A stretch of 64,000 nt of DNA from Macrostomum lignano (taxonomy: Eukaryota), in contig NIVC01000278.1 in the NCBI GenBank assembly GCA_002269645.1, positions 310,001-374,000 of the forward strand, given 5' to 3'. Below are positions 1 through 13,430 of the stretch, piece after piece. Below the pieces are notes generated by a model. That model saw nothing but the letters and a program-made list of their open reading frames with translations, was not told the DNA's origin and did not search any database. Within the stretch, counting starts at the first letter, position 1, and each line of letters begins with the position of its first letter. The translations under genes were made by a program, and so were the position numbers.

Positions 1-55
1 GCCGCTTAGCAAGGTGAGATAAGACAGTGTACACTGGGGTAGGGTTTTTTATATT

Positions 56-310
56 CTGTTCTATTTTTAGAATACGTACATTTTCCCTATTTTTAGACTA
101 TGTACATTCTGTTCTATTTTTAGGCTACGTACATTCTGATCTATTTTTAGAATACGTACATTTTCACTATTTTTAGATTATGTACATTCTGGTCTATTTT
201 TAGGCTACGTACATTCTGATCTATTTTTAGAATACGTACATTCTGCTCTATTTTTAGACTACGTACATTCTACTCTGTTTTTAAACTATGTACATTATAA
301 TCTATTTTCA
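56..310. repeat. About 27-bp minisatellite (CTATTTTTAGAATACGTACATTCTGAT)
   Basis: Tandem copies visible. Confidence 0.9.
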
Positions 311-387
311 ACTATGTGCTCTCTGTGCTATCTCTTAACCGAGTACATTCCGTTAGATACCAATAAAACACCTTATAATAACTGCAG

Positions 388-1827
388 GCGTCACCCAGAG
401 ACCAGCTGCCTCGATGCGCAACGCCGCAGCGACTGCTCAACGCCGAGCTGAGCTCCCTGAGCCCCACAGACCTGCCGTGCGACCCGCCCCGGCTTGTGTC
501 TATCGACCTACAGCTGGGCCCCGTGTCGGGCCGCCTGGCCTGCAAGGCTGACTCCGATCAGCCAGAGAGGCTGGTCTGGACCTACCGTCAGATTGCTGGC
601 TACCCAGAATTTAAGGATGGGGCCACCTATCAGGTGAGAAGAGACGGATAGATTATTCTTTATTTGATGAGCCATTACTTGAACTGTTTGATGAGCATCA
701 TGAGTCACTTCTCAAACTCTCTCACCTGTTAGATGAGTAACATGAGACACTTTTCAAGCTCTCGCCTGTTTGATGAGCATCATGAGTCACTTCTCGAACT
801 CTCAGATGTTTGATGAGCATCATGAGTCACTTCTCAAACTCTCAACTGTTTGATGAGCATCATGAGTCACTTCTCACTCTTAACTGTTTGATGAGCATCA
901 TGAGTCACTTCTCAAACTCTCAGATGTTAGATGAGCATCATGAGTCACTTCTCAAACTCTCAGATGTTTGATGAGCATCATGAGTCACTTCTCAAGCTCT
1001 CAGATGTTAGATGAGCATCATGAGTCACTTTTCAAACTCTCAGATGTTTGATGAGCATCATGATTCACTTCTCAAACTCTTTATTGAGTGAGCCCATCCC
1101 CCTACCATGCCACCCCCACCGTCTCCATCAACAGGGAACTGGTGCCGCATTTGTGAGCACCTTCAAACGCAGCGTCATGCAACAGCAGCCGCAGCCACAG
1201 TACAAGTACTTGCTGACTACAGCCACCGACGATGGCAGGCAGTCAAATTTTACGCTTTCCCTGCAGTGGCCGCCGCTGCAACGACCGCCTCATCAGCCGG
1301 ATGAGCAGCAACCCACCGCCGTTCTAGCTGGCAGGACGCCCTCAAACGGTGGACCACCTTTGCATTCGCTGCCTCAGCCCCGGCCTGGCGATGTCGTAGC
1401 CTCGGCCTCTGACAGCGCAGCCCCGGACAATTCTGGCAACGACTACTTCTCTAGGAAGCAGTTCACCCTGGTAGAGATGATTGTAGCTGTCATTGGCACT
1501 TTCCTAGCAACAGCCCTGGTGTTTGTGCTGGTCTGCCAGTTCACCAGGTGGTACTCGAAGCGAGACAAGAAGCGCTGGGCAACCTACGCTGCGCACCCAT
1601 ACAGCGGGTACAACTACACCAGCGGCTCCCAGCAGCTGCAGCAACAGCCGACCCAGTACCTGACCCACCGGCCGCCGTCACACGAGTACGATGTACCCAG
1701 AATCGAGAGTATGCAGCTGCAACAGCAGCAACAACCGATGAGCCCAAAGATGACTCATCTCAACAACTGCACTGCCGATTTCGAATTTGTAGACTACAGC
1801 GGCAGGCGGCTGTATAATCGAGTTTGA
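388..1827 (+). CDS. 3' part of an LRR-Ig single-pass membrane protein (kekkon/LRIT/LRFN-like architecture); last two coding exons
   Basis: Exon 388-633 (ctgcag|, cag|gtgag, 82 codons) reads ASPRDQLPRCATPQRLLNAELSSLSPTDLPCDPPRLV...LACKADSDQPERLVW, an LRR C-terminal cap (C-x-x-P...L-x-C-x-P-P) followed by the start of an Ig domain. It joins in phase 0 to exon 1135-1827 (acag|GGA), which encodes the end of the Ig domain, a Pro/Gln linker, the TM segment MIVAVIGTFLATALVFVLVC and a tail ending LYNRV*. The 5' exons lie left of the window. Confidence 0.7.
665..1080. repeat. 40-bp minisatellite in the last intron of the LRR-Ig gene
   Basis: Unit TGTTTGATGAGCATCATGAGTCACTTCTCAAACTCTCAGA. Confidence 0.92.
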
Positions 1828-3164
1828 AATGGAACTCTAGGACTCTATAGGCCACTGAAGGGTGATCGGTTTCCTGGAAACACATAATTATTACCGAATT
1901 TATTTGGTCATTATAAATTACTCCACTTGATTCGATCCCCATTTTTTGGGGCTTGCTCACTAAAAATTTGTCCAATTAGAATTGTTGTGCAATTCACAAC
2001 TTGTGAGGGCCAACACTCCCACTGAGCTGAGAAAGTACATGCAGTACTTGCCTGACGATAAGGATGATTTCGCCAAAGGCCTCTTTCGAATATTTACTGA
2101 TTAATTATTTGGGGTACTCAATTAGTACCTTTAAAAAAGTTATTTTTTTCAACACTTCATCGGCTTTAAAGCAGAGCGTGTTCACGAGTATAACAAATCC
2201 AATATCACGTCGCCCCCCCCCCGCCTATCACTGTGCCAGTGTTTGCATTTGTTAGTCACTACTTTTCCATTGATTAGTTAATGGAAAATTATTATAATTT
2301 CGGTCGCAGATGTTCGCAGATGCTGATTGCTGCCTATAGCTGGAATCTCAAAGTCAATATGAGGATAGAACAACTGTACTCTGTACATATTGATAAACAC
2401 AAAATTCTATAATTGTTTTTATTTTTTTAGCAACTTATTTTCCTTCTTCAGTCAGTTTTTAAGATTCTCACGAATTGTTATTTACTAACAATGTCAACAT
2501 GTCAATTAATTGTCCGTTAAGTATCATCTTTCACTCTTTTTTTCACCGCCTTGCCCTGAGGTTTTGTGCAGATGTCCTTGTACATATGAATATGTACTTT
2601 TTTATTGCACTACTGGCTTTAGATTTTCCTTAGCCATTTTTCTGTTCTATTCTTTAAGTCTAATACTTGCCTATAATCACGAGAATTAACTAACTACTGA
2701 ATTAATCGTCCGTCATAGCGCTGCACTTGCCCACTAAGTGTGTTTATTGTAGCATCAGTGACTACTAATCTTGTATTTGTGTATAATAAATTTACTTAGT
2801 TCTAACTAAACTATATTGTCCATAAATAGGTCCATCTGTCTAGTGTATTGCTGTACACATGCGTACGCCGCTGCCGCTTCAGTCAAAACAATTCGTTTAT
2901 TACAAATATATTTGAATTTAATTCGAGCTAAAATTGCTTTGAACAGTTTTTCGTCTTACAAAATTTCGTTAAACAGTCATTTTTGCCGTTTCTGAGTTGC
3001 TCTCTAAGTGTCAGGTAGGTAGATAAGGTCGAAATAAATAAATATTGCTACCCTGACTTTTTTCTAACTAAGTCCAATCTGTTGAGGCCTTTCTATTTTA
3101 CTTATAAATAGGCCTCTCAGTACCTCGACGTACACTCGCTTTTAGCCTAATGTACATTCTTTCT

Positions 3165-3720
3165 GCCCCTATATGAACACTACCTCTGCCCCTAAATATA
3201 CTCTCACTACCCCGATATGTACACTCTCTCTGCCCCTATATGTACACTCATTCTACCCTTATATGTACACTCCCTCTGCCCCCCTATGTACATTCCCTCT
3301 GCCCCTCTGTACACTCTCTCTGCCCCTCTATGTACACGCTCTCTGCCCCTCTATGTACACTCTCTCTGCCCCTCTGTACACTCTCTCTGCCCCTCTGTAC
3401 ACTCTCTCTGCCCCTCTGTACACTCTCTCTGCCCCTCTATGTACACTCTCTCTGCCCCTCTGTACACTCTCTCTGCCCCTCTATGTACACGCTCTCTGCC
3501 CCTCTGTACACTCTCTCTGCCCCTCTATGTACACTCTCTGCCCCTATATGTACACTCTCTCTGCCCCTCTATGTACACTCTCTCTGCCCCTATATGTACA
3601 CGCTCTCTGCCCCTATATGTACACTCTCTCTGCCCCTATATGTACACGCTCTCTGCCCCTATATGTACACTCTCTCTGCCCCTCTATGTACACTCTCTCT
3701 GCCCCTATATGTATACACTT
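3165..3720. repeat. 21-23-bp minisatellite (TCTCTGCCCCTCTATGTACAC)
   Basis: Tandem copies; source of the spurious ORFs at 3173-3790. Confidence 0.95.
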
Positions 3721-4664
3721 ATTCTTCCCAAAAATGTACACTCACTGTAATACCAAACTGCTAGAAGCTCTACTCTTATTAATTTCTTAAAAATTAAAAA
3801 AATCAAGCTGAACTAATCTACGAGTACTTTACAACCTTTAAGAGAATGTTCTTAATTAAATGCACTCCCCGGTAAGTAATGAATGAATCAAAGCATCATT
3901 TTGCTTACACACTCCAACGAAGAATTGAATTCGCACAACTTCGCGACTTAATGGTTTGTTTAAATTACTAAGAGAAGAAAGACCGGCGCGCCTATTTGAA
4001 AACAGAAGTGTAAGAATTTGACTGACATACGAGACCCTTACTACGAGTATTTGTTTAATGAAGTCTAGTCTTATATTGTTGCGCAGTGGACACTGCAGTG
4101 GACACTTGCCGGCCTGAATTGAAAGACAGCTCGAAGATTGAATGATAGACAGAATTTTTTTCGAAGAAAGGAAACTTTATCACCGAATTTGTGAAAGCAA
4201 ATTGCAATTTAGTCAAGGCTGAAGAGACCCCAATTAGTGTGTTTGTGTGTGTTTGTGCGCGAAGTTCGGAGAATACCGAAGTGGACTGACTGACTTCCTG
4301 GCTTGCCTCTGCAACTACTGGTGTGACAGACACCAGGGCGCACCCACGATTTCTGCAACCCTGGGGGCAAGCGTCTGGCTCCAGCTGCCAAGAAAGAAGA
4401 ATGGCTGCTGCTGCTACAATCAAAATACGCGCATGCTTTGGAGTTTAGGCGCGTGGGAAAAAGCCAATGTAGTAAAATAAAAAAAACTGCGGCACCAACA
4501 AAAAGCGGGCAGTTTTGGAAAGCGACAAGCAGCATGCGATTCTTGATTAAGTGCAGGGACACTTGTACTGCCTCCGGGCACCTGACATGTACAGTAAAAA
4601 ACATGCATTTTATTTATTGGCGTACAGCAGGCAGCAGTAACTCTATCATTCTCCTTCAATGGTC

Positions 4665-5420
4665 TACTTTTCTGCCTCCCTGATCTACTTCTCTATTTCC
4701 ATGATATACTTCTCTCTTTCCCTGATTTACTTCTCTCTTTCCCTGATTTACTTCTCTCTTTCCCTGATCTACTTCTCTCTTTCCATTATCTACGTCTCTC
4801 TTTCCACGACCTACTTCTCTATCTACCTGATATACTTCTCTCTTTCCCTGATTTACTTCTCTCTTTCCCTGATCTACTTCTCTATTTCCATGATCTACTT
4901 CTCTCTTTCCATTATCTACTTCTCTCTTTCCATGATATAATTCTCTCTTTCCATTATCTACTTCTCTCTTTCCATTATCTACTTCTCTCTTTCCCTGATA
5001 TACTTCTCTCTTTCCCTGATTTACTTCTCTCTTTCCCTGATCTACTTCTCTATTTCCATGATATACTTCTCTCTTTCCCTGATATACTTCTCTCTTTCCC
5101 TGATCTACTTCTCTCTTTCCCTGATCTACTTCTCTCTTTCCCTGATCTACTTCTCTCTTTCCCTGATCTACTTCTCTCTTTCCCTGATCTACTTTTCTCT
5201 TTCCCTGATCTACTTCTCTCTTTCCCTGATCTACTTCTCTCTTTCCATGATCTATTCTCTCTTTCCATGATCTACTTCTCTCTTTCCATGACCCACTTCT
5301 CTCTTTCCATGATCCACTCTCTTTCCATGATCTGCTTCTCTCATTCCATGATCTACTTCTCTCTTTCTATGATCTACTTCTCTCCAACCCTGATCCAACT
5401 TCTCTTCCTCATGACCTACT
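4665..5420. repeat. 21-bp minisatellite (TTTCCCTGATCTACTTCTCTC)
   Basis: Tandem copies. Confidence 0.95.
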
Positions 5421-5828
5421 TCTCTTGCTCCCTAAACCGGCCGACTTATTCCTTTATTTACCAACTAGAGGAAATAACCATCAGATAATCCAGACAATTC
5501 ATTTTCAATCGTTTAGCTACTTCTCAAGATTGTCGCAGTCCCGCAGATTATTGAATGGGAAAACTAATCTCGCTGACGCATCTAAACTGCGCCCCCCCCC
5601 GATCTCCAACTGGGCAGCAATGGGAAGCCGCGAAATCCTTTAAGTGGCGGAGCAGGAGGCTATCGATGGGGTTTTACGAGTTGCGTGCGCCACTTGAGCA
5701 GCGGAGCAGATGCGCTCTGAGAATTGAGACTTGAGAGTGGGCTATGGGGCATTTGGCAGCTCAAGGCACTCACTGTGAAAGTGGTTGCGTAACCTCACAG
5801 TGAGAATTTTGGTTCAGGAGCTCAAGAA

Positions 5829-6677
<849 letters not shown>

Positions 6678-7454
6678 CTGCAGTATACTACAGGAACTCT
6701 AGGCCTCAGAGCATAGCAGCAAATGTTGACAATATCCAGCCGCCTCAATAGCCAGCCAAATCCCAGGGGAATTTCTTCGCTAAAGCGCCATCATCAGCAG
6801 CCATATATCCCCGGAGTCTGAGTGATGAGTGCGCATGCAGCTCGTGCTCAGTGGAGTCGGTGGCAGCTGTTTTGCATTTTTCGGTGCCTGGCCTGCCCCT
6901 GCTGGGCACCAACACTCGCAGAGCTCGGAAAGTCGGTTGGAGGAGCGGAGGCCCATGATAATTGATCAGGACGGCTGGCTGCAGAGCAAACAAGGCGGCT
7001 TCCCGACGCCCTCGCAGCCGCAGCCAATGCTTAGGGCCGCCCCGCCACTGACTCTCCCAGTCAGCTCTGCAGAGAAAAAAATTAATCAAACTGGTGGCTA
7101 CGAATTCCCTCGACCGCTGCCGACGCTGCCCTTAGCAAGTGGGGAGAGCGGAGGGTATGGAGGGGAAGGGGAACTTTCTGCTCGAACTTCGATGATGGAA
7201 TCGTTACTTCCAGATGCTTCAATAAGACCGGCAGCAGCGCTTCATCAGCTGGTCCTGATTTCAGGCGGGCGAGGTCAATAAAGGATGGAGATTCGACCAT
7301 TGATTGGTCTGTTGGTTGTGTATAGATCCATTTCGAGTTGGAATTTTGGTGGCCAAGCAGTTTATAGAAGTGTTTTGTTATCAGTGCATGGCAGGGATAA
7401 GAAACGGCTATGGTTAGTGACAGACAGACTCGCCAATAAGGGAAGCGTCATGAG

Positions 7455-8095
7455 ATGGCGCCATTTGGAGGCGTCACTGGGAAGCGCCATTAGAGAAGTG
7501 CCATTAGGAGGGCACCATCAGGAAGCGCCATTAAGAGGCGCCATTAGGAGGCGCGATCAGGAGGGCGAAATTAGGAGTGCGCCATCAGAAGGCGCCATCG
7601 GTAGGCGCCATTAGGAGGGCGCCATCAGGGGCGCCATCAGAGAAGTGCCATTAGGAGGGCGCCATCAGGAAGCGCCATTAGGAGGCGCCATTAGAAGGCG
7701 CGATCAGGAGGGCGAAATTAGGAGTGCGCCATCAGAAGGCGCCATCGGTCGGCGCCATTAGGAGGGCGCCATCAGGGGCGCCATCAGAGAAGTGCCATTA
7801 GGAGGGCGCCATCAGGAAGCGCCATTAGGAGGCGCCATTAGGAGGCGCCATCAGGAGGCATCATTTGGAGGCGCCACTGGGGAAGCGCCATCAGGAGACG
7901 CCATTAGGAGGCGCCATCAGGAGGCGCCATTAAGAGGCGACATCAGGGGCGCCATCAGGAGGGTGAAATTAGGAGGGCGCCATCAGAAGGTGCCATCGGT
8001 AGGCGCCGTCAGGAGGGCGCCATCAGGAGGCACCATTGGTAGGCGCCATCAGGAAGTGCCATTACAGAAGCGCCTATTGGTAGGCGCTATCAGGG
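7455..8095. repeat. GGCGCCAT(C/T)AGGA degenerate repeat with a 147-bp higher-order duplication
   Basis: The block GCGCGATCAGGAGGGCGAAATTAGG recurs at 7551 and 7698. Confidence 0.9.
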
Positions 8096-8859
8096 AAGCG
8101 CGCTGTTCACAAGTTTACCAAACAAAGGCTCATTCCAGTCACAAGACACATAAAGTAGCATTGCCAATAGGCTCCATCAGGCGCACAATTGTAAATTTTA
8201 CGCAACAAACTCCTTGCGAAGCATTTTATTTAACTGGCTCTCGTGTATAGAAACTGTTATGTCCAAGTTATCAACAAAATTCTGGCATACACCAGAGCCA
8301 TATCAATACCCGTTAAGTCAAATGGTGACACAGAGCTGAAAGTCTGCAGTTTTTGCTTTTGGAGACTTTTTGCTGGGCATCGTTAAAAGCTGCCGCCACA
8401 GCTACAGGGGGGGGGGGCAGCGGTTTGGTGCCATTTCCTAGCTGGGTCACTTAGTGGATGGCGGGCGACGGTTGCGCCTCAGTTCCCCTTCCAGGTGACT
8501 AATTATTGTCGCCTGGTGTGAGAGGAGCTTAGAGGGGATCAGTGTTGTAATGGATCCTAAAATATGGGAATACAGACTGGATTACTGGGGTAGACAGTTA
8601 AAATGAAGGGTTGGGGGGGGCAGGAGATGCAGATGCGGCAGCTGCTGGAAGCCAAAATGACTTTGCACTGCGGAGACTTGAGGCTAATGTGAGAGTCGTG
8701 TTCCGCGTTGTACTTCGGCAAAACGTGAAGTTTGACTCGAAAAAAGTGTAATAAATTCTTGACTAAATTTTTTACAATGAAGATTTACGATACGTCTTAG
8801 TGTTAGGTTAGACTAGCAACCCATTCGATTCTTTTACCTATAAGCTAGATTAGCAATCC

Positions 8860-9340
8860 ATTCTGTTTCATTCATAATCAACGATTGAATAGATTAGCAA
8901 TCCATTGTATTTTATTCACAATCAACGACTGAATAGATTAGCAATCCATCCTATTTTATTCATAATCAACGATTGAATAGATTAGCAATCCATCCTATTT
9001 TATTCCCAATCAACGATTGAATAGATTAGCAATCCATCCTATTTTATTCATAATCAACGATTGAATAGATTAGCAATCCATCCTATTTTATTCATAATCA
9101 ACGATTGAATAGATTAGCAATCCATCCTATTTTATTCATAATCAACGATTGAATAGATTAGCAATCCATTCTATTTTATTCATAATCAACGATTGAATAG
9201 ATTAGCAATCCATCCTATTGTATTCACAATCAACGATTGAATAGATTAGCAATCCATCCTATTTTATTCACAATCAACGATTGAATAGATTAGCAATCCA
9301 TCCTATTTTATTCACAATCAACGATTGAATAGATTAGCAA
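8860..9340. repeat. 44-bp minisatellite
   Basis: Unit CAATCAACGATTGAATAGATTAGCAATCCATCCTATTTTATTCA. Confidence 0.95.
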
Positions 9341-10111
9341 TCCTCAATTCCCATCTAGAGTTCTAATACTCGCCAAAAATGTTGTATCAACATCGCCCTG
9401 GCAACCAACGCAGAGCATATCTGCCAGTCAAGATCAAGATGGCCAAAGCAATTTCGACAACAGCAAGGAAAAACAGGCTTTTAAAAATCGTGGAAAGCTT
9501 TCTAAGGAAACTCGTACACCTTTCTGGGATCTGCTTTGGCACCCGACACAAGAAGACAAGACAAGCAAGAGAGGCTTTCAGATTTTCAGACAGCAATCTT
9601 CTGTTCGGCCATCATCATTAGCGCTGCAGGGGGTCGCGGGAAGTGAGCGAGAAGGAGATTGGGGGGGGGATTTCCAAAGAGAAAAATGGCGGAAAGAAAA
9701 CACGGGTTCGCGGAAGCATCGAAGTTTTTCTGTTGGTCCAAAATGCCGCTTTTCAAAATCGAAGTGCCAAGCGGAAAACGAATAAGAGAGGAAAGAAGAC
9801 CGAAGGTAGGGAGGCTGATTTGTCTGATTTGCACTCAGCCCCTGACCCAGGCAACAATTGATACGAATATGATGGAGAAAACCTGCATTTCAGCTTCTTG
9901 GGGTCAAGTAGAGATTATACGTGACCTTGCTGGATTTAGCACCGGGTACGGGGATCAGTTCCGCCATGTTGCTTCGAGGAATTTCTAAGAATGGAAATTT
10001 GATGATGTTGAAAGAAAATGGACTGGTTAGTAAGTGAAAGTGAAATTTAAACTGGAGCCTAAAGTTGAACAGTAAGTTATGCCTGCTGCCTAAAAAATAG
10101 ATGGTTTTTGG

Positions 10112-11500
10112 AGGCTGGCCCAGCAACTGAGAATCTGGGAGGCTGGTGGCCCAGCAACTGAGGATCTGGGAGGCTGGTGGTCCAGCAACTGAGGATCTGG
10201 GAGGCTGGTGGTCCAGCAACTGAGGATCTGGGAGGCTGGTGGCCCAACAACTGAGAATCTGGGAGGCTGGTGGCCCAGCAACTGAGAATCTGGGAGGCTG
10301 GTGGCCCAGCAACTCAGGATCTGGGAGGCTGGTGGCCCAGCAACTGAGGATCTGGGAGGCTGGTGGCCCAGCAACTCAGAATCTGGGAGGCTGGCCCAGC
10401 AACTGAGGATCTGGGAGGCTGGCCCAGCAACTGAGGATCTGGGAGGCTGGCCCAGCAACTGAGGATCTGGGAGGCTGGCCCAGCAACTGAGGATTTAAGA
10501 GGCTGGCCCAGCAACTGAGGATCTGGGAGGCTGGCCCAGCAACTGAGGATCTGGGAGGCTGGCCCAGCAACTGAAGATCTGGGAGGCTGGCCCAGCAACT
10601 GAGGATCTGGGAGGCTGGCCCAGTAACTGAGGATCTGGGAGGCTGGCCCAGCAACTGAGGATCTGGGAGGCTGGCCCAGCAACTGACACTCTGGGAGACT
10701 GGCCCAAAAACAGAGGATCTGGGAGGCTGGCCCAGCAACGAACACTCTGGGAGGCTGGCCCAGCAACTGGGGATTTGTGAGGCTGGCCCAGCAACTGAGG
10801 ATCTAGGAGGCTGGCCCAGCAACTGAGGATCTGGGAGGCTGGCCCAGCAACTGACACTCTGGGAGGCTGGCCCAGCAACTGAGGATCTGGGAGGCTGGCC
10901 CAGCAACTGAGGATCTGAGAGGCTGGCCCAGCAACTGAGGATCTCGTAGGCTGGTTGTTGCCCAGCAACTGACACTCTGGGAGGCTGGACCAGGAACCGA
11001 GGATCTGGGAGGCTGGCCCAGCAACTGAGGATCTGGGAGGCTGGCCCAGCAACTGAGGATTTAAGAGGCTGGCCCAGCAACTGAGGATCTGGGAGGCTGG
11101 CCCAGCAACTGAGGATCTGGGAGGCTGGCCCATCAACTGAGGATCTGGGAGGCTGGCCCATCAACTGAGGATCTGGGAGGCTGGCCCATCAACTCAGGAT
11201 CTGGGAGGCTGGTGGCCCAGCAACTGAGGATCTGGGAGGCTGGTGGCCCAGCAACTGAGGATCTAGGAGGCTGGTTGCCCAGCAACTGAGGATCTGGGAG
11301 GCTGGCCCATCAACTGAGGATCTGGGAGGCTGGCCCATCAACTGAGGATCTGGGAGGCTGGCCCAGCAACTGAGGATCTGGGAGGCTGGCCCATCAACTC
11401 AGGATCTGGGAGGCTGGCCCATCAACTGAGGATCTGGGAGGCTGGTGGCCCAGCAACTGAGGATCTGGGAGGCTGGACCAGCAACCGAGGATCTGGGAGG
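10112..11500. repeat. 28-bp minisatellite family A, copy 1
   Basis: Unit CTGGGAGGCTGGCCCAGCAACTGAGGAT, with a 31-bp variant carrying an extra TGG. Confidence 0.97.
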
Positions 11501-11589
11501 CCGGCGGTGGGGATCTATAGACTGAGTATCATATATCAGGCCAATATTTAGCTACAGCAGTTTAGCTTCAATGCTAACCAAATATTCGA

Positions 11590-12030
11590 GCCAGAAGACT
11601 TGTTGGGGACCGAAGTATCTGCGGGGAGCTGTGGGATAAAATAAACGACACTCAGATCTGCATCTGCAGCTAGAAAGCTTCCGGGAGAATCGGGTCTCCC
11701 CCAAAACTCATTATTTCTAGAGCTCAAAACACACAGGCGCCACGCGGCAGCCAAGACGTTGTTATCGTGGCGGGCGATCTTGATTGAATCCCCTGACCCA
11801 GGCGATTGCTGCTGGGCTTCGAGATCCGTCTTGCAGAAGCAGAGTTGGAAGCCAAGAATCCGCGGCTGCATGCTTGTAGGGAAGAGTGCGGCGCCATCGG
11901 CTCAGCAATTATTATGCTTAATGCGCGAGTTTTCATGCCCACCCCACGAGGGACTGAAAAGTTTCCGGCTGGCAAAAAAGTGCGACGCCGAATGAGGAAG
12001 AATATTGATTCAAATGTGATTTTATGATAA
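11590..12030 (+). pseudogene. Possible decayed AP-endonuclease fragment of a non-LTR retrotransposon
   Basis: One frame with stops reads QDVVIVAGDLD and later MLNARVFMPTPRG...NIDS, resembling the APE motifs IIAGDFN and N...PT...ID. Weak. Confidence 0.28.
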
Positions 12031-12304
12031 CTATCAAAGACGGAGAACAGGGAGTTAGAAAGATCAACGCCCAAGACACAGAGAGTGTACATTGCCTGAC
12101 GATTAGAAAGTCAGAGGCCCGCTGTGCACCCTGCGTGAGCGTGTGTATGACTGCGTGCCTGTGTACAGTTTTGGAGAGCTTGCATGTGGTCAGGAGTCTG
12201 CGGATTGGGCAGAGTTGCGCTTTGGTTGCGGGACCATGTCGCTGAAGGCGTTGTTGCCAGCAGGGGTGCCCGCACAGCCCTCCGGCGAATACTTTTTCTA
12301 TATA

Positions 12305-13430
12305 TAAGAGAGAAGGGAGAGAGAGAAAGGAAGAGAGAGAGGCAGGCAGAGAGGCAGGGAGAGAGGAAGGGAGATAGGAAGGGAGAGGGGAAGAGAGAAA
12401 GGGCGAGAGGCAGGGAGAGAGTCAGAGAGAGAGAAAGGGAGAGAGACAGGGAGAGAGGCAGAGAGAGGAAGGGAGAGAGACAGGGATGAAGGGAGAGAGG
12501 CAGGGAGAGAGGCAGGGAGAGAGGCAGGGAGAGAGGTAGGGAGAGAGGTAGGGAGAGAGGTAGGGAGAGAGGCAGGGAGAGAGAAAGGGATGAAGGGAGA
12601 GAGGCAGGGAGAGAGGCAAGGAGAGAGGAAGGGAGAGAGACAGGGATGGAGGGAGAGAGGCAGGGAGAGAGGCAGGGAGAGAGGTAGGGAGAGAGGTAGG
12701 GAGAGAGGTAGGGAGAGAGGTAGGGAGAGAGGCAGGGAGAGAGGCAGGGAGAGAGGCAGGGATGAAGGGAGAGAGGCAGGGAGAGAGGCAAGGAGAGAGG
12801 AAGGGAGAGAGACAGGGATGGAGGGAGAGAGGCAGGGAGAGAGGCAGGGAGAGAGGTAGGGAGAGAGGCAGGGAGAGAGGCAGGGAGAGAGGTAGGGAGA
12901 GAGGTAGGGAGAGAGGTAGGGAGAGAGGTAGGGAGAGAGGCAGGGAGAGAGGCAGGGAGAGAGGCAGGGAGAGAGGCAGGGAGAGAGGTAGGGAGATAGG
13001 TAGGGAGAGAGGCAGGGAGAGAGGCAGGGAGAGAGGCAGGGATGAAGGGAGAGAGGCAGGGAGAGAGGCAAGGAGAGAGGAAGGGAGAGAGACAGGGATG
13101 GAGGGAGAGAGGCAGGGAGAGAGGCAGGGAGAGAGGTAGGGAGAGAGGCAGGGAGAGAGGCAGGGAGAGAGGTAGGGAGAGAGGTAGGGAGAGAGGTAGG
13201 GAGAGAGGTAGGGAGAGAGGCAGGGAGAGAGGCAGGGAGAGAGGTAGGGAGAGAGGTAGGGAGAGAGGCAGGGAGAGAGGCAGGGAGAGAGGCAGGGAGA
13301 GAGACAGGGATGAAGGGAAAGACAGGGAGAGGGGCAGGGAGAGAGGAAGGGAGAGAGACAGGGATGAAGGGAAAGAGGCAGGGAGAGAGGCAGAGAAGGA
13401 GAGAGAGGAAGGGAGGGAGACAGAGACAGT
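12305..13430. repeat. 12-bp polypurine repeat (GAGAGAGGCAGG) with higher-order blocks
   Basis: Tandem copies; the GATGAAGGG block recurs near 12590, 12762 and 13042. Confidence 0.96.

Noticed and set aside
4055-4683. Cluster of short ORFs, possibly a TE remnant
   Set aside because: All frames are interrupted and I recognise no transposase or RT motif.
6829-7281. 150-aa non-repetitive ORF
   Set aside because: No recognisable domain or convincing splice context, and overlapping ORFs occur on the other strand; probably incidental in GC-rich regulatory DNA.
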